Part shown: positions 38,682 to 49,300 of the stretch, one piece after another
How the letters are laid out: the number at the start of each line of letters is the position of its first letter
How positions within the stretch are numbered: the first letter of the stretch is position 1
DNA from: Patescibacteria group bacterium
Lineage (GTDB): Bacteria > Patescibacteriota > UBA1384 > XYA2-FULL-43-10
Length of the DNA stretch: 64,000 bases
Direction of reading: 5' to 3'
Assembly: GCA_041674405.1 (NCBI GenBank)
Contig: JBAYVT010000004.1
Span: 10,599 to 74,598 of the forward strand
Notes under the pieces: generated by a model
The model's database searches: none
Told to the model about the DNA's origin: nothing
The model's input: the letters and a program-made list of their open reading frames with translations, nothing else
Program-made: the position numbers and the translations under genes

Positions 38682-38915
38682 CTATTTGACTTCGTCAATT
38701 CCGCCACCACTCCATGGATTACATCTTAAAACGCGCCAAAACGCAAGTGCAAGGCCCTTTCCGGCCCCGTATTTCATCACCGCTTGGCGGCCATATTCCG
38801 AACAATGCGGAGTATATTTGCAATATCCGCCTGAAAATCTTGCCGAAAACCAACCGGTGTCAGGAGACAATGTCCGCTGATATAATTCAATAATTTTTAT
38901 AACAATCTTTTTCAT
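38682..38915 (-). CDS. yidD: Membrane protein insertion efficiency factor YidD
   Basis: YQRTLSPDTGWFSARFSGGYCKYTPHCSEYGRQAV...RVLRCNPWSGGGID matches the YidD pattern. Confidence 0.88.
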   Translation of the reverse strand: MKKIVIKIIELYQRTLSPDTGWFSARFSGGYCKYTPHCSEYGRQAVMKYGAGKGLALAFWRVLRCNPWSGGGIDEVK

Positions 38916-39253
38916 TTAATTACATTTGCTCTTTTTAAGCCCTCTATTATCTGTAGTTTAATTTTTCCGTAATTATATGGCAGGGGAAAGTCTTGTTTAA
39001 CCATAATCGCTACATCAAAGCCTTGGTTTATCTGTGGCCAAGTTTCTTGCACAATGGCTCTCAGGCGTCTTCGAAGGGCATTGCGGCGGCTTGCCCTTTT
39101 ATCAATCTTGTTTGAAACAACAAATCCAAACCGGGATTTGTCCCGCCCCTTTGCAACACGAAAAACGAGGTTTTCTGTATAAATCGGTTTGGATGATTTA
39201 AAAATCTTCTGAAAATCTTTATTGGTTCGAAGTCTGTTTTGTTTTGGAAGCAT
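38912..39253 (-). CDS. rnpA: RNase P protein component
   Basis: MLPKQNRLRTNKDFQKIFKSSKPIYTENLVFRV...SRRNALRRRLR matches the RnpA pattern. It overlaps yidD by 4 bp. Confidence 0.88.
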   Translation of the reverse strand: MLPKQNRLRTNKDFQKIFKSSKPIYTENLVFRVAKGRDKSRFGFVVSNKIDKRASRRNALRRRLRAIVQETWPQINQGFDVAIMVKQDFPLPYNYGKIKLQIIEGLKRANVIK

Positions 39254-39355
39254 GAGCCGATTTTAGCACAAATATGAGCTTAATACGAATAAACACAGAG
39301 ACAGCCACCTCGATGCGAGATGGCTGCCCTGAAAGTCCCTCCAGGTTGTTGGTCG

Positions 39356-39868
39356 CTAGAAGCGGCCGATGTTGTACTGGGCGCAGACGCTGTCGTCCTG
39401 CCCATCCACGCAGAGCCGGTATAGCCCTGATGCGCGGCCGGACTTCCAACAGAACTGGATGGTCTGGTAGGGCTTGCACCCCGCCTGGTATTTCACATAC
39501 CCCATCGCATCCAGGCCCCTCACGATCTTGACCGGCGGCGTCGTAACGTCCGCCCGCCACGGGTCGTATCCCCACACACGAAGACACGAATTCCAGGGGT
39601 TGACCTCGGCGCCGAGCCTCAGCCGCTCATTGTCCGTCCTGGCAAGCCAGAGGACATCGGCCGGCTTGTACCCTGCCATCAGCAGAGTGTAGGGCCCGTC
39701 CACCTGCTGTTCGGCGTAGAACCACGCCGAACCGCGAGCAACGGTCACGGTTGCAGCCGTGTACTCGCCTTGGACGAACACACCCGGAGACACCGACACC
39801 TCGTCCGCGAAAGCGACCGAGACGGACAAAGCCAACATTGCGATCAGAACAGCGGTAATAGCGCGCAT
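39356..39868 (-). CDS. Secreted Cys-containing hypothetical protein encoded by a GC-rich (about 62%) single-gene insert between rnpA and rpmH
   Basis: Signal peptide MRAITAVLIAMLALSVSVAFA. AGGAGG lies 7 nt before the ATG, with a TTGACA-15-TATATA promoter upstream and a GC hairpin terminator downstream. Confidence 0.55.
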   Translation of the reverse strand: MRAITAVLIAMLALSVSVAFADEVSVSPGVFVQGEYTAATVTVARGSAWFYAEQQVDGPYTLLMAGYKPADVLWLARTDNERLRLGAEVNPWNSCLRVWGYDPWRADVTTPPVKIVRGLDAMGYVKYQAGCKPYQTIQFCWKSGRASGLYRLCVDGQDDSVCAQYNIGRF

Positions 39869-40048
39869 GTTTGCGCCTCCTGTACCCGAAATTGTACGCC
39901 TGATACCGACAATTCAATATATACTATTTCTCATCAATTGTCAATCTTCTCGAGCACAAAAAAAGAACCCGTGGGGCTCCCAAATACATGATTAAATGGT
40001 TATATTATTATTCTCAACAATTTAGCAATACAGCAATTTAGCAATTTA

Positions 40049-40186
40049 TTAGGCTGAAAGTTTCGCTCTGCCTTTCGCTCGGCGGTTTGCAAGAACATTT
40101 CTGCCGGCACGAGAAGCCATGCGCGAGAAAAACCCGTGTTTCTTTGCCCTTCTTCTTTTGTTTGGTTGGTATGTGCCTTTTTTCAT
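40049..40186 (-). CDS. rpmH: Ribosomal protein L34
   Basis: [45 protein letters not shown] matches L34. The listed 97-aa ORF extends far upstream of the true Met. Confidence 0.85.
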   Translation of the reverse strand: MKKGTYQPNKRRRAKKHGFFSRMASRAGRNVLANRRAKGRAKLSA

Positions 40187-40342
40187 AAGATCATTCTTCA
40201 AAAATAAAAACACCGAAATCGTGTTTGACTTAAGTAAAGTACCATAATTAATAGTTAAAGTCAACGATTTAGAGATAGTGGCTTTGCCCAGTGAAGAGCC
40301 CGAAACTGAACGAAGTGAATTTTGGAGTGTCTTCACGGACAA

Positions 40343-40695
40343 AGCAATACAATATATGCGTGCAGGAGTAAGGGTCTTAGGGGGCTAGAGGGCTGCCCCG
40401 CAATTAAGCCCTCTGCCCCCTAATATAATGGCTATTTTATTTGTAGGTTTCTCGGCAAGCTCGAAATGACAAGTGTATTTGAGATTGTCTGCCGTACTAC
40501 GTCAGACAAGGCATTAATCCCGAGCTTGTCGAGGGATTGACTCATTCGACTGTGCTCAGAGTCAATCCAAAAACTTTGAGTAATTTATCACCATTATAGC
40601 CACAGCAATTTATCCCGAGCTTGTCGAGGGATTGACACACCCTGTGGATAACTTGATATAGTTTTTACATAAGATTAATTGCCTTAAGGAACTGA
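40343..40695. promoter_or_regulatory. oriC-associated region upstream of dnaA
   Basis: Near-perfect 14-bp inverted repeat GGGGGCTAGAGGGC ... GCCCTCTGCCCCC. Two copies of ATCCCGAGCTTGTCGAGGGATTGAC (each internally palindromic). DnaA box CTGTGGATAA about 40 bp before the dnaA start. Confidence 0.7.
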
Positions 40696-42084
40696 ATGGA
40701 CCTGGTCGAAATTTGGCGAAATTCATTAGGTGAACTCGAAGTGTCCATATCACGGGCCAATTTCACGACGTGGTTTAAAAATACTTTTATTCTCGACTTC
40801 AAAAAGGGCATTTTAACAATCGGGGTGCCAACTTTTTTTGTTGAGGATTGGCTCAAGAAAAAATATTTGTCCGAAATTGAAAAGGCACTAGCTCACCAGA
40901 TCAGCGAGGAAATAAAACAAATAAAGTTTAAGGTTGCCACCCCTTCCACAGAGCAAGTAGTCAGGTTTGAAAAAGACAAAGTTGTCCACACCCCTGTGGA
41001 TAACAAGGAGGCTATTAAACCGACTCACATCGTTCAGACTTTAACAGAAAATTCGACACTAAATGACTATTATAGATTCGACAATTTTGTTGTAGGCTCA
41101 TCCAACCAATTGGCATACGCTGCTGCCGACGCGGTTTCAAAAACCCCTGGAATTGTTTACAATCCTTTATTCATTTATGGCGATTCAGGTCTCGGCAAAA
41201 CTCACCTAATGCAAGCCATCGGGCATCACGTCCTTTCAAAAAATCCAAACAAACGCATCCTTTATGTTAGTTCGGAAACTTTTGTTAATGATTATATTTC
41301 GGCTGTTGAGTCTGGTTCTGGAAAAGCAAAAGATTTCAAAAACCGTTATCGCAACGTCGATGTCCTTTTAATTGACGATATTCAATTTTTATCAGGCAAA
41401 GAGGGGACACAAGAAGAATTTTTTCACACCTTTAATCATTTACACCAAAACAAGAAACAAGTTGTCCTTACCGCTGACCGCACCCCGAAAGCAATTAAAG
41501 GGCTTGAGAGGCGCTTACAAACGCGTTTTGAGGGTGGAATGGTAGCTGACATCGGATTACCGGATTTAGAAACAAGAGCGGCAATTCTGCGACAGAAAGC
41601 CAAAGTTCAAAACTTTGAAGTGCCGGATGATGTCATCAACCATATTGCAGAAAATATTAAATCATCGGTCCGCGAGCTCGAAGGAGCATTGACTAAAATT
41701 TTTGCATTTTGCAATCTAAAACAATGCGAACCAAATATGTCGGTGGCTTCAGAAATATTAGGTAATATTATTGAAGACAGAAGAACCACTATTACTCCAG
41801 ATCTAATCATCCGAGAAATATGCAAATATTTTCATGTCCCTGTTGAGGATTTACTTGGCAGAAAAAGAAATAAAGAGATTGTGCGGCCAAGGCAGGTTGC
41901 AATGTATCTTTTGCGCCACGAGGCATCACTTTCTTTTCCGGAAATTGGGCGGGAAATGGGAGGAAAAGACCACACTACTATTATGCATGGATGCACGAAG
42001 GTAGAGAGTGAAATATCACAAGACTTAAGGTTAAAAGATGAAATATCAAATATTAAAAACAAAGTTCATCTGGTAGTTTCTTAA
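40696..42084 (+). CDS. dnaA: Chromosomal replication initiator DnaA
   Basis: N-terminus WRNSLGELEVSISRANFTTWFKN, Walker A GDSGLGKTHL, Walker B LLIDDIQFL and the C-terminal DNA-binding helix. Confidence 0.95.
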   Translation: MDLVEIWRNSLGELEVSISRANFTTWFKNTFILDFKKGILTIGVPTFFVEDWLKKKYLSEIEKALAHQISEEIKQIKFKVATPSTEQVVRFEKDKVVHTPVDNKEAIKPTHIVQTLTENSTLNDYYRFDNFVVGSSNQLAYAAADAVSKTPGIVYNPLFIYGDSGLGKTHLMQAIGHHVLSKNPNKRILYVSSETFVNDYISAVESGSGKAKDFKNRYRNVDVLLIDDIQFLSGKEGTQEEFFHTFNHLHQNKKQVVLTADRTPKAIKGLERRLQTRFEGGMVADIGLPDLETRAAILRQKAKVQNFEVPDDVINHIAENIKSSVRELEGALTKIFAFCNLKQCEPNMSVASEILGNIIEDRRTTITPDLIIREICKYFHVPVEDLLGRKRNKEIVRPRQVAMYLLRHEASLSFPEIGREMGGKDHTTIMHGCTKVESEISQDLRLKDEISNIKNKVHLVVS

Positions 42085-42520
42085 TTTTCCACATCGGTTT
42101 GGAAATAAAAACAGATATTTATTGTAATAACATTAATAATAAGGCCTGTGGATAGTGTGGAAATCTTTAAAAAATGTTTATCACTTTAACAATTTCAATA
42201 AATATCCTGTGAATTAATTAGTGCACAAGCTGTGTCTTTCCTGTGAAAAAAGCTTTGTAAGTTGTTTATAACTTTTTCAATAAATTTTATCTTTGGAATA
42301 ATTCACATAAATATCCACAATTTTCCACAAGAAAAATCTCAGTTATCCACATATCACAAACAAGAAATAAGAAATAAGAAATGTGGTACTACAAAATTAG
42401 CCATTAACCAAAACCAAAATTATCCACCACCCTGTGGAAAACATCAAAAGTAAATATCAAGCAAAAACCAATACATTATCTAATTAACCAGCCAATCAAT
42501 TAACTAAGAATAGAGGAAAA
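42085..42520. promoter_or_regulatory. oriC: dnaA-dnaN intergenic region with multiple DnaA boxes and an AT-rich unwinding element
   Basis: Boxes TGTGGATAG, TTATCCACA (tcagTTATCCACAtat), ATATCCACA, TTATCCACC/CTGTGGAAA. A 3x AAGAAAT tandem within an AT-rich stretch. Confidence 0.8.
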
Positions 42521-43624
42521 ATGAAAGCGACAATATTACAATCGAATTTTTCAAAAGCAATTAATGTGGTTTCTCGTGTGGTTGGAACCCGCACAACGTT
42601 GCCAGTTTTAAACAATATTCTGCTTTCGATAGATAAAGGAAAAATCAAACTATCGGCAACCGATTTGGAGGTTGCTATCACAACCCAGGTTATCGGAAAA
42701 ATTGATGATTCGGGAAAGGTTACAATTCCAGCGAGACTCTTGTCCGATTTTGTCCACAATAACAGCGATGAGCAGATTTCTATTGAAACAAAAGATCTTT
42801 CCGTAAATTTGAGATCAGACAGATTTGAGGCAACAATCCAAGGTATTGATGCCGATGAATTCCCTACAATCCCCGATATGGACAAAGATGCTTTCTGTGA
42901 ACTTGCCGGGAAAGACTTAATTGATGTACTTAAAAAGGTCACTATATCCGCTGCAAATGATGAAACACGGCCGGTGCTAGCTGGTGTTTATATGAAATTT
43001 GAGGGAAAATCAGCAATTTTTGCTGCCACGGATTCATACAGACTGTCAGAAAAAAAGATTGCCCTTTCCAAGGAAGTAGAAAAAAAAGAAATCATTGTGC
43101 CGGCCCGAACCATGAATGAGCTACTTCGAATTCTTTCCGGTGAAATGGTGGAGAAAGTTAAATTAATCGCAGAAGAAAACCAAATTTCATTTGTGGTTGC
43201 CGATACCCAGATCGTGTCGAGACTGATTGAGGGCAATTTCCCAAATTACGAACAGATTATTCCGAAGAGCTCGAAAATTAATGTTAAAGCCCCGACAAGC
43301 GAAACTCTTTCTGCTATTAAAATGTCGGCTCTTTTTGCCAAAGACATGGCAAACAACATCAAAATCATATGCAACAAAGATGGTATGACCGTAAAATCGG
43401 CAACAACCGGCGCCGGATCGACAACATCACATGTGAAGGCAAATGTTTCCGGAGGTGAAATCGAGGTATCATTCAACGCCAGGTATCTTTTGGATGTGAT
43501 AAATATTCTTCCCGATGAAGACATTGTCCTAAGCTTTAATGATGAGGCGTCAGCCGGGGTTATTAAATCGGAAAAAGACAAAGAATTTGTCTATCTCGTC
43601 ATGCCACTAAGGACAGAACAATAA
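42521..43624 (+). CDS. dnaN: DNA polymerase III beta sliding clamp
   Basis: MKATILQSNFSKAINVVSRVVGTRTTLPVLNNILL matches the DnaN N-terminus; 367 aa. Confidence 0.95.
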   Translation: MKATILQSNFSKAINVVSRVVGTRTTLPVLNNILLSIDKGKIKLSATDLEVAITTQVIGKIDDSGKVTIPARLLSDFVHNNSDEQISIETKDLSVNLRSDRFEATIQGIDADEFPTIPDMDKDAFCELAGKDLIDVLKKVTISAANDETRPVLAGVYMKFEGKSAIFAATDSYRLSEKKIALSKEVEKKEIIVPARTMNELLRILSGEMVEKVKLIAEENQISFVVADTQIVSRLIEGNFPNYEQIIPKSSKINVKAPTSETLSAIKMSALFAKDMANNIKIICNKDGMTVKSATTGAGSTTSHVKANVSGGEIEVSFNARYLLDVINILPDEDIVLSFNDEASAGVIKSEKDKEFVYLVMPLRTEQ

Positions 43625-43760
43625 TAGGAAATTTCATCCACAGAAACTTCACGCAGAAAAGCACAGAAAAACATTCCCGGTAGCCTGTTTCTCCGGAGAG
43701 ATTGGGGTTAAAGGTTCCGTGTGATTCTGTGTAATAATTCTGTGAGGTAAATACATTGCA
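43625..43760. repeat. dnaN-recF spacer carrying inverted CACAGAA / TTCTGTG heptamer arrays
   Basis: catCCACAGAAacttcacGCAGAAaagCACAGAAaaac ... ccgtgtgaTTCTGTGtaataaTTCTGTGagg. Confidence 0.65.
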
Positions 43761-44822
43761 ATGATATCTCGCTTGAAACTTGAAAACTATCGAAACTACG
43801 GCAAATTTGAGCTTGTCCTCGATAAATCCACTGTTCTTGTCGGCTTGAATGGCGTGGGGAAGACCAACATCCTCGAGGCTGTTGGTCTTTTATCATTTGG
43901 CAGGTCGTTTCGCGAAGAAGACAAGAAAAACTTAGTCAAATTCGATGCAGATTACGCTCGCATTACAGGTGACGAACTTACGCTGTATTTGCAGAAAAAT
44001 CCACGACTTTTAGCCGCGGCCAAGGAGCGCGGAGTCAAAAAAAAGATGTCCGAATTTATCGGCACACTCTTAACAGTCGTGTTTTCGCCCGAAACTATAG
44101 AGATAATTACCGGCTCGCCGGCCGAGAGGCGCCGCTTTCTTGATGTCATGATCTCTCAGGTTGAGCGGGAATATCTTCTGGCGCTTTCCGTCTACAACAA
44201 AGTCCGTAAACAGCGGAACCACTTATTGCAGCGGATCGGGGCGGGTGAGGCGTCCGAAACCGAGCTAAAATTCTGGGACGGAGAGCTTGTCAAGAGCGCC
44301 GAAATTATCAACGCGAGTAGGCGGGAGGCGGTAGTGTTTATCAATAAAATTTTGCCCGATTTTTACGCCAATATTTCCGGAGAGAAAGGGGAGCAGCCTA
44401 AGGTTGTTTATCACTGCAAATCGGGTGACGATTTGGCTGCGAAACTCGCTGAAAATTGGCGCCGCGAGGTGGCGTATGGAGCGACAATTTACGGCCCACA
44501 CAGGGATGATCTCGAGTTCTATCTAGACACGCGCAATATGGCAAATTTTGCCTCGAGAGGCGAGATAAGATCGGCGATTCTGGCGCTCAAAGTCGCCGAA
44601 CTCGAATTTTTAGAAAAGCATGTGAACGATCGGGCTGATCGGGAAGAGAAATATGCCTCCCCGATCCTCCTCCTAGACGATATTTTTTCCGAATTTGACC
44701 CGATTCGCCGCGAGCATTTAGGAGCCCTTATTTTGAAGTATCAATCGCTGATAACAACGACAGAAAAAGCGCACCTATCAGCCGAGCTTCTAAAAAATTC
44801 TAAAATAATTGAGTTAAAATAA
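43761..44822 (+). CDS. recF: DNA replication and repair protein RecF
   Basis: MISRLKLENYRNYGKFELVL...GLNGVGKTNILEA Walker A and a C-terminal signature region. Confidence 0.9.
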   Translation: MISRLKLENYRNYGKFELVLDKSTVLVGLNGVGKTNILEAVGLLSFGRSFREEDKKNLVKFDADYARITGDELTLYLQKNPRLLAAAKERGVKKKMSEFIGTLLTVVFSPETIEIITGSPAERRRFLDVMISQVEREYLLALSVYNKVRKQRNHLLQRIGAGEASETELKFWDGELVKSAEIINASRREAVVFINKILPDFYANISGEKGEQPKVVYHCKSGDDLAAKLAENWRREVAYGATIYGPHRDDLEFYLDTRNMANFASRGEIRSAILALKVAELEFLEKHVNDRADREEKYASPILLLDDIFSEFDPIRREHLGALILKYQSLITTTEKAHLSAELLKNSKIIELK

Positions 44823-44826
44823 TATT

Positions 44827-45099
44827 ATGGACAAGATTGAGAAGTTATTGATGGGTGCTCTCAACAAGAAGGGGCTTGCTGGAGCGGCTACAAGCTCGCA
44901 TGCCTGTTTTTTGGCCGAAAAATGGGGAAAGGGGCGGCTCAAAGCCATATCCTGCTCTCGGGGGATTCTGAAGGTCTCTGTGAGCTCATCCGCTGCTGCC
45001 CAGGAACTCTCTATGGACGAAGAAGAATTGCTCTCTCATATCAATGTTAAGATGGGTCGAGAATGCGTTAAGCGTTTACGTATAATCAACTCTGATTAA
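44827..45099 (+). CDS. DUF721 domain protein (DciA/YaaB-like)
   Basis: 90 aa directly after recF with GILKVSVSSSAAAQELSMDEEELL, typical of DUF721. Confidence 0.7.
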   Translation: MDKIEKLLMGALNKKGLAGAATSSHACFLAEKWGKGRLKAISCSRGILKVSVSSSAAAQELSMDEEELLSHINVKMGRECVKRLRIINSD

Positions 45100-45263
45100 A
45101 CGCGAAAGAGCCGCGTTGATCTTGAAGCCCCGCGATTTCCAATCGCGAGGCGTATTCAGCCAAAAAAGATTGGCTGATTTTTGGTACCGCAGGGCGAGTG
45201 GGAGAGTGATTTAAGGATATCAAAATTCTAATTGTAAATGTCAAATAATTATCCACAGAACCT

Positions 45264-45291
45264 TGACTTTGGGGCAGTATTGTGGTATATT
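45264..45291 (+). promoter_or_regulatory. Near-consensus sigma70 promoter (TTGACT, 16-17 nt spacer, TATATT) for the GC-rich gene; a perfect DnaA box TTATCCACA lies just upstream at about 45249-45257
   Basis: ccTTGACTttggggcagtattgtggTATATTgg, then a roughly 80-nt leader and AGGAGG 7 nt before the ATG. Confidence 0.6.
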
Positions 45292-45374
45292 GGAGCGTTC
45301 GATAATAATCCTTAGGGCGCACAGCTGCGATTAGCGCAGGCGTCCAAGGTACTGATTGTCAGGAGGTGGCAGAC

Positions 45375-46295
45375 ATGCGTCTGTCCACGATAATTGGGTT
45401 AGCTATGATGTTGGTGTCGGGGGCGTTCGCGGGAGAGATCGCAGTCTGCCCGCAGCCTACCCCTCAGAGACTGGCGATCGCGCCGGTCTCTGCCTCGTCC
45501 CTTGGCCAGTTCGAGTGGTGGGTGGACGAAGAGGAGGCGGCCGGCCTGGTCGAGGAGCGAGCCTATGAGGTCGCTCCCTGCATTCTGGCCGCCTACAACA
45601 TGGAGCTGGTAGAGCGGAAGATGCTCGGGATCGCAGAGGCCGAGCAGGCCTTGGCAGAGGATCCGTACATGGACCCCACTACCTTCGAGCAGCCTGGCCA
45701 GGGCGTCGGCGCCAACTGGCTCCTGGTGGTTACGGTCACCAGGATGAGCGTGGAGGATAAGTCCGTGGACGTTGAGATCCGCGGCAACTCCTATCACGCT
45801 GAGAAGTCCATGATAACGGTCTGGCTGCAGGCGCGGATCGTCAATGTGGGGACGAAAGTCGTGTCACCCGCGCTATCGATTCGCAAGAACTGCACGATCA
45901 CGACTGACCAGCAGCTCAGCCTGCAGAGCGGCGAGTGGGATCTGGGCGGTGATCAGCGGACGGACATCGTGACCGATGCCGTCTATAAGATCACCGACTC
46001 TGGTCTTGCCGAGCTCTTGGGGCAGCTGCTGCCCAAGCTTGGCATCAGGACTGGGGCGCAAGCCGGATTCCGGTACGACCCGCAGACGGGCGAACGCATT
46101 TCGGTGATTGAGCAGACATACATCTGCCCGAACCCGAGATGCAACCGGATCTCGCCGAAAGGAGCGAACTTTTGCCCCTACTGCGGCGCCAGGTTGGACC
46201 GGCCCTGCGAACCCGCACCGGCAATCGAAAGGGCGCGGCCCTGTGAGCCGCCACCAGCCGCTAACCGCGACAAGGTGAACCACGCCGGCGGATAG
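45375..46295 (+). CDS. Secreted protein with a C-terminal zinc ribbon, encoded in a GC-rich (about 60%) island
   Basis: Signal peptide MRLSTIIGLAMMLVSGAFAG. C-terminal CPNPRCNRISPKGANFCPYCGARL Cys4 ribbon. A GC-rich hairpin terminator at 46321-46357. Confidence 0.55.
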   Translation: MRLSTIIGLAMMLVSGAFAGEIAVCPQPTPQRLAIAPVSASSLGQFEWWVDEEEAAGLVEERAYEVAPCILAAYNMELVERKMLGIAEAEQALAEDPYMDPTTFEQPGQGVGANWLLVVTVTRMSVEDKSVDVEIRGNSYHAEKSMITVWLQARIVNVGTKVVSPALSIRKNCTITTDQQLSLQSGEWDLGGDQRTDIVTDAVYKITDSGLAELLGQLLPKLGIRTGAQAGFRYDPQTGERISVIEQTYICPNPRCNRISPKGANFCPYCGARLDRPCEPAPAIERARPCEPPPAANRDKVNHAGG

Positions 46296-46377
46296 CCGGC
46301 ACCAAGGAGGAGAAGTACCAAAGGAGCGCCCTTAACCGGGCGCTTCCTTTGTGTTTAAATAGGTTATTAGTTTTTAG

Positions 46378-49300
46378 TTAAAATCCGACATGTGTATACG
46401 CGGTAGTCTGTGGATTTGCCCACATGCCAGCCTTGGTGCCGTTACACAAGCCGTTTGTTTGCCCGCCGCCAGTGACATTTTTACATATGGTATCTGATGT
46501 AAGTGCTGACCAAGCATTTACATCTTCCCAACGGCCGGTCATGACCTGGGTTGGGACGAGCTTTTGATCATCTGTACTTGATGGCATGTCGTATAAGTTT
46601 TGGATGAATTTATTGGCCTTGTATTGTGCAGCCTCAATTATCTTTCTCTCTCTGGTTTTACTGTCTATACCATTCCATACCCCGAGATTTCCGTTGTCCA
46701 CTATATCGGGTGATGGTGGTGATTCGATGCTAGGATAATAACCATCAGCTGTACACAAGTATTCAACTTTGTAAACACCAAAGAGGTTATTGTAAAGGAT
46801 AATTGCCACATCAATTGCTGCTTGTATCCAGTTGCCATACAGAAAGCTGATAGTGGCATCCAGAAGAAGCGATAAGGTGCCAGGAGCAAGTCCGAGCTGC
46901 TCGTCCCATTTTGCCAATGTGTCGCCCAGAACAAGCCTTGCCGCATAAGAGATTGCCGCAGCCTTGGCATTTGCAAGATTGGCACCAGAAGCCCCGCTTC
47001 CGCCGGACGCAGCAAATGCCTGCTCTGCCTGTTTAAAGTTCTGGTACAAATTATAAAGATTTTGGCTTGTGCCTGGCGGCAGACCAAATGTCTTGTCAAC
47101 AAATCCGCCAACAAAGTTTAGGGCAAACGATGGGCCCCCATAAATGTCTGCTAGAGATTGAAGCTTATTTCCAGCTATTGATAGTGCCCCTTCTAAGCTT
47201 CCAGTCTGAAGAAATCCAAGAATACCACCGAATGTGCCTTGGCCGAAATCGACCCCAAAAATCGAGGCTGCCTTACCTGTAATGTAATTATCTATTGTGT
47301 TAACGAGAGTTCCGTCGGCAGTGGCTGATCCCAAAAGGCCATTCAAAGCGCTCTTAAAGTCAAAGCTGTTCGGATCAGAAATAAAATTTTGTAGTGTTCC
47401 CAAGAATCCGCCCGGAAGAAAATCTATTCCGAGGTCATTCCGGATTAAGCCCTCGGCATATTCAAGTAGGGTAGTTGTCCGCGTCCAATCATTCCCCTGA
47501 AACATGCTGCGGGCAAAATCGGCAGGAATATTCGGATCCAGCCTGTGCAAGGCTAAATCAATTGATTTATACTCCACTCCCTGGCTCCAAATATTTGTAG
47601 CAAAGTCGATTGCTGCTTGCCCAGCGTTTAAGACATCAAGCGCTCGAGTATTGCCAATTCGAACATTTAGAAGGCTGTCAATTGCCGCCCCTGTATCAAT
47701 CCCAGCAGTAATGCGCAATCCATTGTCAACTTGAAGATTTAGAATCGGCGCACTTGAAGTATCCGATGCACCCGGGAAATTAAGGCCAATGTTAATAATC
47801 CCGTTTGGAGGCCCAAGGTTAGATGATGTAGTAGAATCGGACAATATCCCGGTTGAAACGTTGAAGGTGGCGTTACCGGCGGCGATCGTCCAGTTGTAAC
47901 TAGAATTAGTCAGCTGGTTCCATCTTTGTTGCTCTGCTGCCAGGCGAACGGCAATTTCCTGTGTTAAATCTCCATATACCAATCGCGTTAGATCGCTAAA
48001 ATTAAACTTGAATGAATTTAGGGCATTTATTGCGTTGTCGTATGTTTCAAATATTCCCAAATTGAAGGGCAATCCGTCTTTGCCGGAATACATTTGGGGG
48101 ATATTCATGACTGCACCTAGGAGCTGAATCGGCCTAAAATCCCCATAGAGAATTTGCTGGAAAGTTGAAGAGTCAAACCCGTCCATGTTTAGGAGATTTT
48201 TGAGAGAATATTCCAGGTTGCCGGCAATATCTTTGATCGTGAAATTAACTTGCAAATCTTTAAAAGCGTCCCCGACAAGTGTGTTTAACTGTCCCCCGAT
48301 CGTGGACTTGAGGCAAGATTCCGTATCTCCACTGCCGCCAAATATCGAGAGCCCGCATCTTATGTCCGGATTGCCCAAGATCAATGTCTTGAATACTGAA
48401 GTCAATCCTAAACTGCTGTCAAATGCCTCGGCACCAAAGGATATTAATCTGTTAAAAGTTGTCTGAGGGTCTTGCAGAATTGTGGCCATGGTGCCTTCCG
48501 GCAAACCGGCTTTTTTATCCAGATTCCAAGAGAAAATATTGTTTAATGTACCATAAAGATCACCCATGTTATCGCCGGGATCTTTGATCCAGGTGATGAG
48601 ATTGTTTATGTCGCCATCTGTTATTTGCCTGTCGCTGCCGTCTTGTAGCCCGAGTCCTTTTATCAAACCCGAAATCAAATTGTTCTGAGTTGCGGCATCA
48701 GTAACCTGGCGTACGTATTGGTTTATCGGGAAAATCTCACCCAGGCTTCCCGCGGTTGGCGAGGCAAGAAGCTTGACTGTTGTGCCATCCGGCAGCCCGA
48801 GATTGCGATCCAGAAAAGATAATCTGCCAACGAAGTTGTTCCACGAAGGTTCGTTCTGGCTAAATAAGGTGGCAATTGTATCCGAATTAAATCCACCGGT
48901 GCTTCCTTTTGAGACCAGGGAATCAATTGTCTTTTGTAATGCATCATTCACTCCGGTCCAGTTAGTGCCTAAGGCCTGGTAATAAGTTACAACGGAGTTT
49001 AGTTTTTGATAAAAGCTGTTTCCTGCATTCACATTAAAGAAATTTTCACCCATAGACTTTAATTCTGCATTTACAACACTGATCTCTTCTTGGCTTACCG
49101 GAATTTGGAACGCTTCGGCAAATTTAACAACCCCGACATTCTTTGCAACACCCAAAATATTTCCGCTTTTTAGCGACCCAGCCGGTAATCCGAGCAGTGA
49201 CTCTGCTTTATTTGACCCAACACTGCTACCGGTGAACAAAGAAGCCAAGTCAAGGTTGCCTGTGCCAATAGAGTTACCGATAAGATTAGTTGATATTTGA

